Notes under the pieces: model-generated
What the model saw: only the letters and a program-made list of their open reading frames with translations
What the model was told of the DNA's origin: nothing
Databases searched by the model: none
IMG/VR virus record: IMGVR_UViG_2675903055_000001
Coordinates: 26,476 to 90,475 of that record
Strand: one strand, 5' to 3'
Length of the DNA: 64,000 bases
Source of the DNA: a virus
Taxonomy: Duplodnaviria; Caudoviricetes
Shown here: in pieces, positions 18,197 through 27,149 of the stretch
Layout: every line of letters starts with the position of its first letter
How positions within the stretch are numbered: position 1 is the first letter of the stretch
Made by a program: the position numbers and the translations under genes

Positions 18197-18580
18197 TCAG
18201 TGAGGGTCGGCGGGGAGGTTGACGAGCCGAAGGGGGTGTTCGTGTTCGTCGAGGGTGGTGAGGGTGTGGGTGAGGAGTCCTCGGAGGATGGAGCGTTCGC
18301 GGCGGTTGTCGGGGATGCCGCCGGGCTGGTCGACGACGCTGAGGGTGTGCCCGTCGGTCCAGGCGTAGGTGAGCGTGGTGGGCTTCTGTTGCAGCTTGGC
18401 CATCTGCTCTAGCGCGTATTCGTTGAGGGTGCGCATGAGGTCTTCGCCGTCGATGGTGTGGCAGAGGGAGCAGATGCGGACTGAGGCGGTGGCGTGGGCG
18501 GGCTTGTTGTACTGCCACGCGTGCTCGCAAAGACTGTCGGCAGCCATCGGCTCGTTGTCGGGCGGGCCGGGAACATTCAT
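18197..18580 (-). CDS. Hypothetical protein with CEH..C..C motif
   Basis: GGAG RBS, MNVPGPPDN start. Confidence 0.65.
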   Translation of the reverse strand: MNVPGPPDNEPMAADSLCEHAWQYNKPAHATASVRICSLCHTIDGEDLMRTLNEYALEQMAKLQQKPTTLTYAWTDGHTLSVVDQPGGIPDNRRERSILRGLLTHTLTTLDEHEHPLRLVNLPADPH

Positions 18581-18653
18581 GGCGCGGGCTCCTTGTGTTG
18601 GGAGGGAGCCTGCTGCCCGCACCCTCCCGACGGCGGGCAGCAGGGGTCTTAGG

Positions 18654-19121
18654 TCAGTTGTCGGCACCCGGGTTGTCGTCTGCGTCGCACGCTTCAAGGA
18701 CGATGCGGCGGATCTCCGGATCGGCGAACTCGAAGGCTTCCTGGCGCCTGGCTGCCGTTTCGTCTTCGACGTACCGCTGGTATTCGTCCCAGTGCTGGAC
18801 GACCAGCCGTTCGGTGGCGGCTTTACGAGCTTCGAGGTTGATCTGCCATGAGTCGTAGAGACCCGGGATGTGGTTGCGGCAGACGACGCGGCGCTTCGCC
18901 CTGATCTTGGGTCGGCAGCGGTCGTTGCAGCGGTCGCGCCAGCAGCACTCGCGAACCTCGGTCAGCGTGACTGCGACCGGAGGGCCGCAGGGCGTGCTCT
19001 TCGGCTTACACGCCCAAGCGCAGCTAATGCCATCCCCGGGGGTCCAGGCTCGAATGTGCACCAAATCCCGGCGGTCTCCACTGCCGATCTTCTGGACCGT
19101 GTTCGCGGTGAACTCTTCCAT
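18654..19121 (-). CDS. Cys-rich hypothetical protein
   Basis: 155 aa, GGAG RBS. Confidence 0.6.
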   Translation of the reverse strand: MEEFTANTVQKIGSGDRRDLVHIRAWTPGDGISCAWACKPKSTPCGPPVAVTLTEVRECCWRDRCNDRCRPKIRAKRRVVCRNHIPGLYDSWQINLEARKAATERLVVQHWDEYQRYVEDETAARRQEAFEFADPEIRRIVLEACDADDNPGADN

Positions 19122-19141
19122 GTTCCACTCCAGGGTGTGGC

Positions 19142-19510
19142 GGAAGCCCCGGCCCCTGGATGGTCCGGGGCTTCCTTCCCGCCGGGATCAGCGGCGGGCG
19201 ACTACGGGGATGTTGGTGGCCGCCCCGTGCCCTCGGCGGGGCGGCCACCATGGGGCTCAACAGCAGGGGGCTGGAGCACCCGGTCTATGCGTGCCGCGGG
19301 GCACGTTGGGGTGTGGTCCGCCTGGCCCTCAGTCAGGCGGACCGCGGCGCCGCACCGTGCCGCTTCGAGGCCGGCACGGTGCGCGTCGGGGTGTGTGGGG
19401 TATGGGGCCCGCCCGGTCGTGACGAAGCGACTCGGGCGGGCCGTGCGGGGGCGCCGCAGCAGCCAGCCCATGGCTGGGGCGCTCGCCCGCGCCTGCCCCG
19501 CACGGCAGGC
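19142..19510 (-). ncRNA. Candidate structured RNA: tandem array of nine GC-rich hairpins
   Basis: Stems of 6-14 bp at 19142-175, 19178-198, 19215-249, 19290-305, 19315-343, 19351-383, 19406-442, 19463-477, 19491-510. Confidence 0.5.
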
Positions 19511-19513
19511 GTC

Positions 19514-19750
19514 TCAGGCCGCGTCGACGCGAACTCGTCGAACCACGGGTGGTGCAGGGGTAGGGGCGATGACGTTGTTGTCGTCGTCGCGTTGTGCGGG
19601 GCTGATCTCCATCAGGTCGTATCGGGCGCCTTTGCCTTGTCCGTATACGGTGATGCGGCCTTCGGATGCCCATCGCCAGATGGTGCCGACAGGGCGGCCG
19701 GTCCAGTAGGCGACGTCGGATGCGGTAGCGAGCGCGACTCCGGAGGGCAT
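19514..19750 (-). CDS. Small HTH DNA-binding protein (MerR/Xis-like)
   Basis: ATASDVAYWTGRPVGTIWRWASEGRI; GGAGG RBS. Confidence 0.8.
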   Translation of the reverse strand: MPSGVALATASDVAYWTGRPVGTIWRWASEGRITVYGQGKGARYDLMEISPAQRDDDNNVIAPTPAPPVVRRVRVDAA

Positions 19751-19772
19751 GTTCACCTCCCGGGTACGACGA

Positions 19773-19855
19773 AAGGCCGCCCTGTGCGGGGCGGCCTTAG
19801 CGCGGAAGTCAGTCGATCTAAGCAAATAGTCGCTTCGGTCTCAGGGGTTTGTCAA
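19773..19855 (-). promoter_or_regulatory. Candidate late promoter (-35 TTGACA at 19850-55) followed by terminator-like hairpin (19773-98)
   Basis: TTGACA in an AT-richer gap; 10-bp stem AAGGCCGCCC/GGGCGGCCTT plus TCGT; -10 element not clear. Confidence 0.45.
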
Positions 19856-19890
19856 CCATTCACCTACGCGCCTGTCAAGGGCTTGGCACG

Positions 19891-20244
19891 TCAAAGGAGG
19901 CGAGCAGCGTTCTTTTCGTTCCGGACGGTGATCTCGTTGCCGTCCCATATGAGCGTGTCGCCTGGTTTGGTGACGACTGGTTGTTCGCTGCCGCGTTGGA
20001 TGACGTAGCCGCCGTGCCCGGTGACGGTGCGGTAGCCGTGTTGGCGGCACCAGCGCGCTGGGATGTCAACGAGCATGGACCATGTGATGGTGAGTCGGGT
20101 TGGGTCGGCGGCTTCCCGGTTGCAGACCATGCGCCGCATCAGAGCGGCCGTGTGGCGGAGCTGCCTGCTTCGCCGGGCGCTGATCCACGGGCTGTGAGAC
20201 TCGCGCTCGTACTGTTCGGCGAGTTCAGCTAGCGAGCTGGGCAT
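19891..20244 (-). CDS. Hypothetical protein
   Basis: 117 aa. Confidence 0.65.
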   Translation of the reverse strand: MPSSLAELAEQYERESHSPWISARRSRQLRHTAALMRRMVCNREAADPTRLTITWSMLVDIPARWCRQHGYRTVTGHGGYVIQRGSEQPVVTKPGDTLIWDGNEITVRNEKNAARLL

Positions 20245-20245
20245 C

Positions 20246-20716
20246 CTAGGTCTCCTTGTAGCGGGAGAAGGCGTCGCGGATGGCGGTGTCGTGGGCGAGG
20301 CAGCGGACGCAGTCGGTGTGCCAGTCGTCGTGGCCGTGCTCGTGTTCGTCGGCGAGCTGATCGAGGACGGCTTCGAGTGGGTGCGGGACGCGCCAGCCTC
20401 GGCCGGCTCGGCTGCATGCGGGGCAGATGCCGATGGCCATCTGGACGGGTCCGGTGTGGGTGGGGTCGGGGATGCTGTCGCCCCACTGGTGGCCGCCGGA
20501 GTGGCGTCCGCAGAGGATGCACGGCAGCCAGTACAGCCCGCGTTTGTGGGCGTGCCGTCGGTGGATCCAGGTCCAGGACTGGGGCAGGTGCCGTATCCAC
20601 TGGCCCCTGGTTGGCGCGCTGGTGGACAGGAGCGGGGTCATGCGCAGCCGCCGGTACCAGAGTCGTTCGAGCCAGGTCAGTGGCCGCTGTGTCAGGGTGA
20701 CGGTGTACCGGGTCAT
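20246..20716 (-). CDS. Hypothetical Cys/His-rich protein
   Basis: PCILCG, CPAC, CVRC motifs. Confidence 0.65.
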   Translation of the reverse strand: MTRYTVTLTQRPLTWLERLWYRRLRMTPLLSTSAPTRGQWIRHLPQSWTWIHRRHAHKRGLYWLPCILCGRHSGGHQWGDSIPDPTHTGPVQMAIGICPACSRAGRGWRVPHPLEAVLDQLADEHEHGHDDWHTDCVRCLAHDTAIRDAFSRYKET

Positions 20717-20967
20717 GCTGCCGCCCTGGGGCTGGTGGTGTGGGCGATGGCGCGGACTTCGAGAGCGTCGGCTTCGAGGTCGAGGATTGCTGCGAGAGTG
20801 TCGAGGTCGCAGTCAGGGGCGTCGGCGAGGTTGCGGCTGCTCGACGCGATGGCCCGTAGGAGGGCGATGACGGTGTCGCAGCCGAGGTAGGGCTGCCCGT
20901 CGCTTCCAACTGCGAGGGGTAGTCCGGTGGCGACCGGGGGCACGGGCCCGTCCTGGTCGTCGTTCAT
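20713..20967 (-). CDS. Hypothetical protein (paralogue of 34618..34830)
   Basis: Shares ADALEVRAI and V(I/V)xLLRx(I/V)A with 34618..34830. Confidence 0.7.
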   Translation of the reverse strand: MNDDQDGPVPPVATGLPLAVGSDGQPYLGCDTVIALLRAIASSSRNLADAPDCDLDTLAAILDLEADALEVRAIAHTTSPRAAA

Positions 20968-21764
20968 GCCGCTGCCTTTTCGGTCTGCGCCGGGGTGAGC
21001 GTGGGCATGGCGGGGATGGTCTGGGCGAGCCAGCCGTCGGGCGCTGTCGTGAAGTGCGGGGCGGCTGTCGCTCGCCACCAGGAGCGGACCGCGGTGGTGG
21101 CGGACGGCTGGCCGGTGCGTCGGTCGACGTACTCGATGGTGCGCTCACGGCTGTGCCGGGTGACGAGCCGTCCGCGCTTGCAGCCGTCGGGGTATTCGTT
21201 CCAGTTGATCCCGGCTTCGGACCACAGGAGTTCCTGCATGCTGCCGCTGTTCACGCCGTGCAGGCGTTTGTGGGAGAAGTGGGCCTGCGCCGCCATCGAG
21301 ATGGAGTTGCGGACGGCGTCGCGCTGCCGCCACAGGAAGTAGTTCGCCACTTCGACCGGGTCGGGAATGGTGAACACGCGGGCGTCGAACAGTGCCCGCT
21401 TGCCAGGGCGCTGTTCGTTGAGGACCGCGGTGGCAAGGGCGGCGGCCATGGAGGTCTGCTTGGCAAGGATGCCACCGAACCACGGCTGGGTGGTGGGGGT
21501 GGCGAAGTCGGTGTAGAGGACGCTGATCTCGTCGGACTGGGTGTAGGCGAACACGCTGCCGGTGATCTCGGTGCAGAGTGCTTCGGCCACGGCGTCCATT
21601 GCAGCCATGAACTGGTCGTCGAAGGGGCGTTGGGCGCCGCGCAGGTAGGTGTGCGCAGCTCGAATGTCGACGCGTAGGAGAGTGTGGGTCCGGCGTGGAA
21701 GCACCGCGCGGGTGACGGCCTCGTAGTCCTTCATCCGGTCCCCGAGAGGGGTGTTGTCCTTCAC
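20964..21764 (-). CDS. thg1: tRNA(His) guanylyltransferase Thg1-like 3'-5' polymerase
   Basis: LGDRMKDYE, RVDxRxxHTY, YTQSDEIS, FDARVF, YFLWRQRDAVRNSI. Confidence 0.9.
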   Translation of the reverse strand: MKDNTPLGDRMKDYEAVTRAVLPRRTHTLLRVDIRAAHTYLRGAQRPFDDQFMAAMDAVAEALCTEITGSVFAYTQSDEISVLYTDFATPTTQPWFGGILAKQTSMAAALATAVLNEQRPGKRALFDARVFTIPDPVEVANYFLWRQRDAVRNSISMAAQAHFSHKRLHGVNSGSMQELLWSEAGINWNEYPDGCKRGRLVTRHSRERTIEYVDRRTGQPSATTAVRSWWRATAAPHFTTAPDGWLAQTIPAMPTLTPAQTEKAAA

Positions 21765-22222
21765 GGTGCCCACTCCTCACCCTTGTGGTCGGGGTGCCTG
21801 GCGAATGGACGGGCGAGGATTTCGAGGCGACGGTCGATGCGGGCGTCGCGTCCGCAGTCACAGGGGCCGCCGAGGCGGCTCTCGTCGCAGGTCTCTCCGC
21901 CGTCCCGTTCTTCGGTGGCCGCAGCACAGGTGTACCAGCAGTCTTCGACGACTGCGTGCCGTTCGGCGTCGAGGTCGGCTACGAGTGCGAGCTTGGCGTC
22001 GAGGTCGGCGATAACGGCGGTGGGATCGTGAGCGGCGAGGTGGTCGACGGTAGCCCGCAGTTGCCGGCCGCTGAGTGCGAACCCTTCGGCGACGGTGATG
22101 CCGTCGATGGCGATCACTTCGTCGTGTTCGGCGTTGGGCTGCCACGGTCCGGGGCTGGCGGCTAGAGCGAGCGCCCGCTGTTCGGCGTACCGGGCACGCA
22201 GGAAGTCGGCGATGTCGTTCAC
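21761..22222 (-). CDS. DUF6221-like protein
   Basis: DIADFLRARYAE, HLAAHDPTAVIADLDAK, ..HPDH..EW. Confidence 0.75.
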   Translation of the reverse strand: MNDIADFLRARYAEQRALALAASPGPWQPNAEHDEVIAIDGITVAEGFALSGRQLRATVDHLAAHDPTAVIADLDAKLALVADLDAERHAVVEDCWYTCAAATEERDGGETCDESRLGGPCDCGRDARIDRRLEILARPFARHPDHKGEEWAP

Positions 22223-22923
22223 GCTGCTGCCTCCATGTGGTGGTCGCGTGTGGCGGCTTCCTGTGCGAGGCGGAGTTCGCGCCACGCGGCCATGTCGGGC
22301 CACTCGCTGCCGCAGTCGCCGCACCGTATGCGGGGGCTGCCGGTTGAGGCTGTGAGCTGGGCGCCGCACTGGGTTCCGTCGTCGTAGGCGATGGGGCACA
22401 GGCCGACTTTGACGCGGCCGGCTCGTTTCGTGGGGTCGAGGGCGGCGCCCAGTTCGGCGTGGAGTTGGCGGACCTCCTCGACGTCCTGGCCCACCGACTC
22501 GTAGGCGTCCACGGCCCACGGCAGGTTGTTGACGAGGAACCTGACGTGCTCGGGCACGGCCTGCCTCGCGTTGCCGCGCCAGGGTGCCATCGTCCAGCCG
22601 AGTGCTTGCCGCCAGGCGTCTTCGATGGCGGCGAGTCGTGTGGCAGCACCGCCGGGGGCGACGAGGTTGAGGACGCGCACGTCGGGTGGGATGGGCGGTG
22701 TGCGGGAGCCGGAGACGTTGCCTTGTTTGCCGACGGTGCCGCGCATGAGTGCGGCGGTGGTGTTGGCGTGGGTGAACAGGCCGGGGATGGCGGCGAGTCT
22801 GGTGCGGGTCTTGTCTTCGCAGGGGCGGCAGGCGATGCGGCCGAGTTCTTGTTCCCAGAGGGGGCGGGCGCAGGCGCCGCATGTGGGCCAGTCGTAGCCG
22901 TCGTCGGTGGTGTGGGTGTGCAC
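22219..22923 (-). CDS. Putative late-gene transcriptional activator with N- and C-terminal zinc fingers
   Basis: CGAC..CRPC, SGSRTPPIP, WLxxNLPW-like segment, CP..CG..CGDC; position upstream of late genes. Confidence 0.6.
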   Translation of the reverse strand: MHTHTTDDGYDWPTCGACARPLWEQELGRIACRPCEDKTRTRLAAIPGLFTHANTTAALMRGTVGKQGNVSGSRTPPIPPDVRVLNLVAPGGAATRLAAIEDAWRQALGWTMAPWRGNARQAVPEHVRFLVNNLPWAVDAYESVGQDVEEVRQLHAELGAALDPTKRAGRVKVGLCPIAYDDGTQCGAQLTASTGSPRIRCGDCGSEWPDMAAWRELRLAQEAATRDHHMEAAA

Positions 22924-22978
22924 GGCGGGCTCCTCGCGGGCGGAAGAGGGGGCGGTACACGCACTAGTGTGCACAGGT

Positions 22979-23000
22979 GAAATGACAAGCGTGTCATTTC
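22979..23000. promoter_or_regulatory. Perfect palindrome GAAATGACA-AGCG-TGTCATTTC, candidate operator
   Basis: 9-bp inverted repeat upstream of the putative late activator. Confidence 0.5.
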
Positions 23001-23159
23001 GGCGGGTGGTGAAGGCCCGGCGGGTGACAGCGCAACGCCCGGCACGGGGCGGGGCGAAGGCTCCGTCTCGAGGGGCCAGTGCTCGTTGGTTCGCGCAGCC
23101 GCCCACGGGCTCGACCTGATCCGCGGACGCGACGCCCCCCGAGAGTGGGCATGGGCGAC

Positions 23160-23594
23160 TCACTCACCCCAGCCAGGCACGACGGTGGTCGGTATGCCCT
23201 CCTCCGCCCATAGCGCGAGGACAGCCGGGTTGTCGTCCCAAGCGTGCACGGGCCTCCAGCGCTCACGGATGCGGGCGAGGATGCTTCGCTTCACTTCGTA
23301 GTCAGGACGCTGGTCGTGGTGAGCGCGCATCCACATCGCGTCGGACGGCACACCATGCAGGGCCAGCCACATGGCGGTGTGCGGCCGGAAGCGAACGGAG
23401 CGGGCCGTGACCACGAGTACGCCGAGCCCGGCGGCCCGCGCTTCGTGCGCGGCCCCAACGACGTGCGCATGCGGTGGGCAGTCGACGGACGCCGTGTGGA
23501 AGGCGTGGAAGCGGCCAGGCTCGTCGAGGAGATGGCGGATGCCGCGCACGTCGCACAGCGTCCCGTCCACATCGAAGATCACGGCGTCGCGCAT
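23160..23594 (-). CDS. HAD-family phosphatase (PNKP 3'-phosphatase-like)
   Basis: IFDVDGTL, VTAR, VKR, WDD motifs; no kinase domain. Confidence 0.85.
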   Translation of the reverse strand: MRDAVIFDVDGTLCDVRGIRHLLDEPGRFHAFHTASVDCPPHAHVVGAAHEARAAGLGVLVVTARSVRFRPHTAMWLALHGVPSDAMWMRAHHDQRPDYEVKRSILARIRERWRPVHAWDDNPAVLALWAEEGIPTTVVPGWGE

Positions 23595-23657
23595 AGCTCC
23601 ATGATGCCCAGCCATGTCAGCCAAGTGAACCAGTGCGGAGAGGGCATCGTGGCACGT

Positions 23658-23864
23658 TCAGTTGGCGGTCTCTGCCGGGTCCTGCTTGGCGGTGTCGACG
23701 TCGATGGCCAGTGATTGCAGCTTCCCGCCGAACGAGACGGCGGCGGAGACGACTTCGGTGCCGGCCGCGCCGGAGCGCATGGCGTCCTGTACGAACGCGG
23801 CGAGCTCGTCGAGGGTGAGGAACTGCTTCTTCGGCGCCTTGTGCTCGATTGTGCGAGTGGACAT
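23658..23864 (-). CDS. Hypothetical protein
   Basis: 68 aa, GGAG RBS. Confidence 0.7.
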   Translation of the reverse strand: MSTRTIEHKAPKKQFLTLDELAAFVQDAMRSGAAGTEVVSAAVSFGGKLQSLAIDVDTAKQDPAETAN

Positions 23865-23945
23865 GACGGTGCTCCTTTGAGTTCGTGGGACTCAGTGTGC
23901 CGGTTTCCCCGCGGACAGCGCCCGGCAGCGGGCAGACTGCCACCC

Positions 23946-24143
23946 ATGGACCCGACGTTCACGGTGCAGGCCGAGTCTGAGGCTGTGTGTGAGGCCGCGT
24001 TGGCGCGGTTGTGTGCTGCGCTGGAGATCGAGCCGTGTCTGTTGCCGCGTGAGGTGTTGCCGGGGTCGGGGCGGTGGATGGCGCGCGCGAAGCCCCAGCC
24101 GTCCGACGAGGTCCAAGGCGTCATTCAGGCTGAGACCGGGTGA
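23946..24143 (+). CDS. Hypothetical protein
   Basis: MDPTFTVQAESE...GRWMARA, 65 aa. Confidence 0.55.
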   Translation: MDPTFTVQAESEAVCEAALARLCAALEIEPCLLPREVLPGSGRWMARAKPQPSDEVQGVIQAETG

Positions 24144-24319
24144 AGGGCCTCCTCGGTCACCCACTCCCCGGTGAAGAACGCCAGCGAGTTGTAGTGCCGA
24201 ATCTTGTAGATCGGGTTCCCCTGCTCGTCCCAGGAGACCTTGAGTACCTGCATGCGGGGCTGGCTGCCATGGGTCACGATCTGCCACTTCCTGAACCGGG
24301 GATCGCGCTTCGCAGGCAT
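24125..24319 (-). CDS. Hypothetical SH3-like small protein
   Basis: MPAKRDPRFRKWQIV..., RBS. Confidence 0.65.
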   Translation of the reverse strand: MPAKRDPRFRKWQIVTHGSQPRMQVLKVSWDEQGNPIYKIRHYNSLAFFTGEWVTEEALHPVSA

Positions 24320-24321
24320 GG

Positions 24322-24549
24322 TCAGTCCTTCTTCCGGGTGATGGCGAGGCAGTCGGGGCACCAGCGCTCGCCCGGCTTGTCGAGACGCCGCGGCACCTGG
24401 CGCTTCCCGCCCGACATGACGATGCTGTCTTCGTCGCTGCACGCGATCCGCTGGAACGTGGCGTCGGGGTCCGGGCCGACCGGCTTGTGCCAGATCAACT
24501 CCTTCGTGACGCCACCGGGCCCCTTGATGCGTTCCGACACTGCAAGCAT
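24322..24549 (-). CDS. Hypothetical protein
   Basis: MLAVSER...WCPDC, GGAG RBS. Confidence 0.65.
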   Translation of the reverse strand: MLAVSERIKGPGGVTKELIWHKPVGPDPDATFQRIACSDEDSIVMSGGKRQVPRRLDKPGERWCPDCLAITRKKD

Positions 24550-24551
24550 GG

Positions 24552-24692
24552 TCAGCTCTCCTTGATCTCGGTGATCTCGAAGGCGAAGGGCACGTCCTCG
24601 CAGGCGTCGTAGACGGCGTCGCGGATGCCCTGCCCGGTGGGGCCGTACTCGTCGGGCGCGTCGATCTCCATCGTCAGCTTGTACTTCGGCAT
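24552..24692 (-). CDS. 46-aa hypothetical protein (not in ORF track)
   Basis: MPKYKLTMEIDAPDEYG..., GGAG RBS. Confidence 0.6.
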   Translation of the reverse strand: MPKYKLTMEIDAPDEYGPTGQGIRDAVYDACEDVPFAFEITEIKES

Positions 24693-24797
24693 GATCAGTT
24701 CTCCTTGTCACTGTGCGCGCGGGACAACAGGCCACCCACGAAGCCCCCGCCAACCTGCACGCTGGCCATGGCCCCGCAGCCGATGAGGAGGCGGGTC

Positions 24798-25352
24798 ATG
24801 GTCAGGTCAGCGCCGTCGCCGGGGAGGACGACTGCGGCGAGCAGCGGCCGGGCGACGGTGGGTAACGCCACCAAACGGCGGTACAGGCCGAAGCACTCGT
24901 CCTGTTATCACGTCGGCTACTCGCTCACGTGCCGCGAGTACGACGACCTCCTGCGCCTCAGCAGGGGACGGTGCAAGATCTGCAAGGAAGCCGCTTCGCA
25001 TCTGTGCATCGACCACGATCACAAGCTGGGAACATGGGCGGTTCGCGGCCTCATATGCAACGCCTGCAATCTGGCCCTCAAGAAAGTCGACGCTGGGTGC
25101 GGGGAGAAGAGCCCGGCAGTCGCGAGGTACCTCGCGAACGCTTGGCACAGAAGGCAAGCGAGTAGTGCAGTCAAGGCCGCTCGTGTCCGGCCAGTCTCCG
25201 AATGCCCTGTGTGCGGGAAGCGGTCGTCGGTGAAGCGTGACGGCCGCCTCTACGAGCACTGGTCCCGTCTCCCAGGGCAGTACGAAACGCGCTGCACTGG
25301 CGTCCCTGACGCCAGGCTCCCGCAGCGTCCCGAACCTACCGAAGGGGCATGA
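24798..25352 (+). CDS. Endonuclease VII-type (His-Me finger) nuclease
   Basis: YSLTCREYDDL..CKIC..LCIDHDH..VRGLICNACN; GAGGAGG RBS. Confidence 0.85.
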   Translation: MVRSAPSPGRTTAASSGRATVGNATKRRYRPKHSSCYHVGYSLTCREYDDLLRLSRGRCKICKEAASHLCIDHDHKLGTWAVRGLICNACNLALKKVDAGCGEKSPAVARYLANAWHRRQASSAVKAARVRPVSECPVCGKRSSVKRDGRLYEHWSRLPGQYETRCTGVPDARLPQRPEPTEGA

Positions 25353-25744
25353 GCATGGACCGTGACCTGACCGACTTCTTGTGGCTACGCGTCACCGAAG
25401 ACCACGAGACCGCCCAGCGCCCGACCGACGCCCCGTGGGCCAAGCCAACCTGGGCCCTCCGGCGAGACGACGACGACGACGCTTACGTCGACCTCGGCAC
25501 CCAGCACCTGGACCGAGAGAGCAGCCTCAACGAGGACGAGCTGACCCACATCGCGCGGCACGATCCGACGCGGGCTTTCGCCGAGGTTGAGCTGTTGAAG
25601 TGGCTGCTCGCCGAGCACGAGCTGCGTGCCGATGGGGACGGAGGCTATGTGTGCGCGGTGGATGGTGAGGACTGCGGCACGCTGCGCCGCATGGCCGCCC
25701 TGTACGCGGATCACGAGGAGTACAGGCAGGAGTGGCGGCCGTAG
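25349..25744 (+). CDS. DUF6221-like protein (second copy)
   Basis: HIARHDPTRAFAEVE, LRRMAALYADHEEYRQEWRP. Confidence 0.8.
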   Translation: MSMDRDLTDFLWLRVTEDHETAQRPTDAPWAKPTWALRRDDDDDAYVDLGTQHLDRESSLNEDELTHIARHDPTRAFAEVELLKWLLAEHELRADGDGGYVCAVDGEDCGTLRRMAALYADHEEYRQEWRP

Positions 25745-25806
25745 TTCGCGCAGCATGCCACGGGCACTGCCGTCTCCGAACGACGACAGTGCCCACCTCT
25801 TCACAC

Positions 25807-26385
25807 TTACCGCTTCGGGATGCGCCATTCGGTCGGATAGGCCAACCCTTCTGGTGCGTATTCGACGCGCACAGGCCGTTGGTCCGCCGGCACGGGGAAC
25901 ATGATCCCTCCCCGGGCGCAGCGCCCAGCTCGGACGACCTTGTCCATGATGGGATACTCCGGCTTCGGGAAGTCCCCGCCGCTGAGGCCGGTGATCTCCG
26001 CTTGGCTTCCGTCAGCGAAGGCGAGCGACCACGGATCTTGCGAGACGCTGTTCTCTCCCTCCGATTTGTCAATGCAGACCTTCACGTCGACGCGCGCCCA
26101 TACGGCCTTCTCTTGCATCCCAAGGCTCTCGTCGGGCGGCTCGATGCCTGAGTAGGGCTGCTTGTAGCTGAGGACTGAGGCGGTGCCTTCGTTGCCGTCA
26201 TCGTCCTTCCAGGGCCACGACTGCCCCAGTTCGAGACGGTCCGGCTCGTCCTGGGCCTGCTCCTTGTCGGGAGATGCCTTCTCCTCATGTGGGGTCGGCT
26301 TGGGTTCATCACCCGGTGCCGCACACGCGGTAAGAGCAGCGAGCAGTGCCACGCTGCCTGCCGATGCTGCGAGCGTGATACGCAT
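25807..26385 (-). CDS. Lipoprotein (DUF4352-like Ig fold)
   Basis: Signal peptide with lipobox LTAC; GRCARGGIMF. Confidence 0.8.
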   Translation of the reverse strand: MRITLAASAGSVALLAALTACAAPGDEPKPTPHEEKASPDKEQAQDEPDRLELGQSWPWKDDDGNEGTASVLSYKQPYSGIEPPDESLGMQEKAVWARVDVKVCIDKSEGENSVSQDPWSLAFADGSQAEITGLSGGDFPKPEYPIMDKVVRAGRCARGGIMFPVPADQRPVRVEYAPEGLAYPTEWRIPKR

Positions 26386-26462
26386 GTGCCCTCCTTGGGG
26401 TCACGTAGAAGTGCGGCCCCGCCGCACTGGGGGGTTGGCGGGGCCGCGGTGGGGGGCGGCGG

Positions 26463-27056
26463 TCAGTGCCAGCCGAGCCCGGTGTTGGAGAGCTGCGCGT
26501 TGCAGATGTTGTAGCCGCCGGAGGCGTGGGCCTTCTTCGTTTCGCCGTTGACGGTCACCGAGCAGTTGATGTCGCCGCCGCCTTGGAGTTGGGCGTTGAC
26601 GTGGTACCACAGGGCGTCGTCGTTGAACGGGAGTGTCTTCGTCATGGGCAGTCCGGAGCCTTGCCGACTGTCGGTGTCGGTGCCGTAGGTGATGTCGGCG
26701 CCGGCGGGGGCGCTGCCCCACACCTTGATGGTCACCGTCTTCGGCTTCGGCTTGGGCTCGGGCTTGGCGGCCGGCTTGGGCTTGGCGGAGGTCTCCTCGG
26801 CCTTCGGTGCTTCGTCGCCCGCGGGTTCGGCGTTCTCCTTCTCGGGCTTCGGCTTGGCGCTCGGCTCGGACGCGGTGTCCTTCTTGTCGGTGTCGCCGCC
26901 TCCGATGGCGGAGCCGATGCCGCCGAGGACGAGGACGCCGCCGATCACGCTGAGGACGATCAGGCCGGTGCGCTTCTTCTTGGGCGGCGGCTGGGGCTGC
27001 CACTGCTGCTGGAACGGGGGCTGCGGCTGGCCGGGGTACTGCTGGTGCGGGTTCAT
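26463..27056 (-). CDS. Membrane-anchored MmpS-like protein
   Basis: Pro/Gln N-terminus, one TM, K/P/E linker, ITYG...INCSVTVNG...ICNA. Confidence 0.8.
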   Translation of the reverse strand: MNPHQQYPGQPQPPFQQQWQPQPPPKKKRTGLIVLSVIGGVLVLGGIGSAIGGGDTDKKDTASEPSAKPKPEKENAEPAGDEAPKAEETSAKPKPAAKPEPKPKPKTVTIKVWGSAPAGADITYGTDTDSRQGSGLPMTKTLPFNDDALWYHVNAQLQGGGDINCSVTVNGETKKAHASGGYNICNAQLSNTGLGWH

Positions 27057-27149
27057 GGGTCCCCCTGGGTTGTTGAAGGATGGATCGTACTGGCGTTGTG
27101 TCGGGTAGGTGAGGGTCTTGTGGCCTCTGTGCGGGTCTGGTTGTACTCG

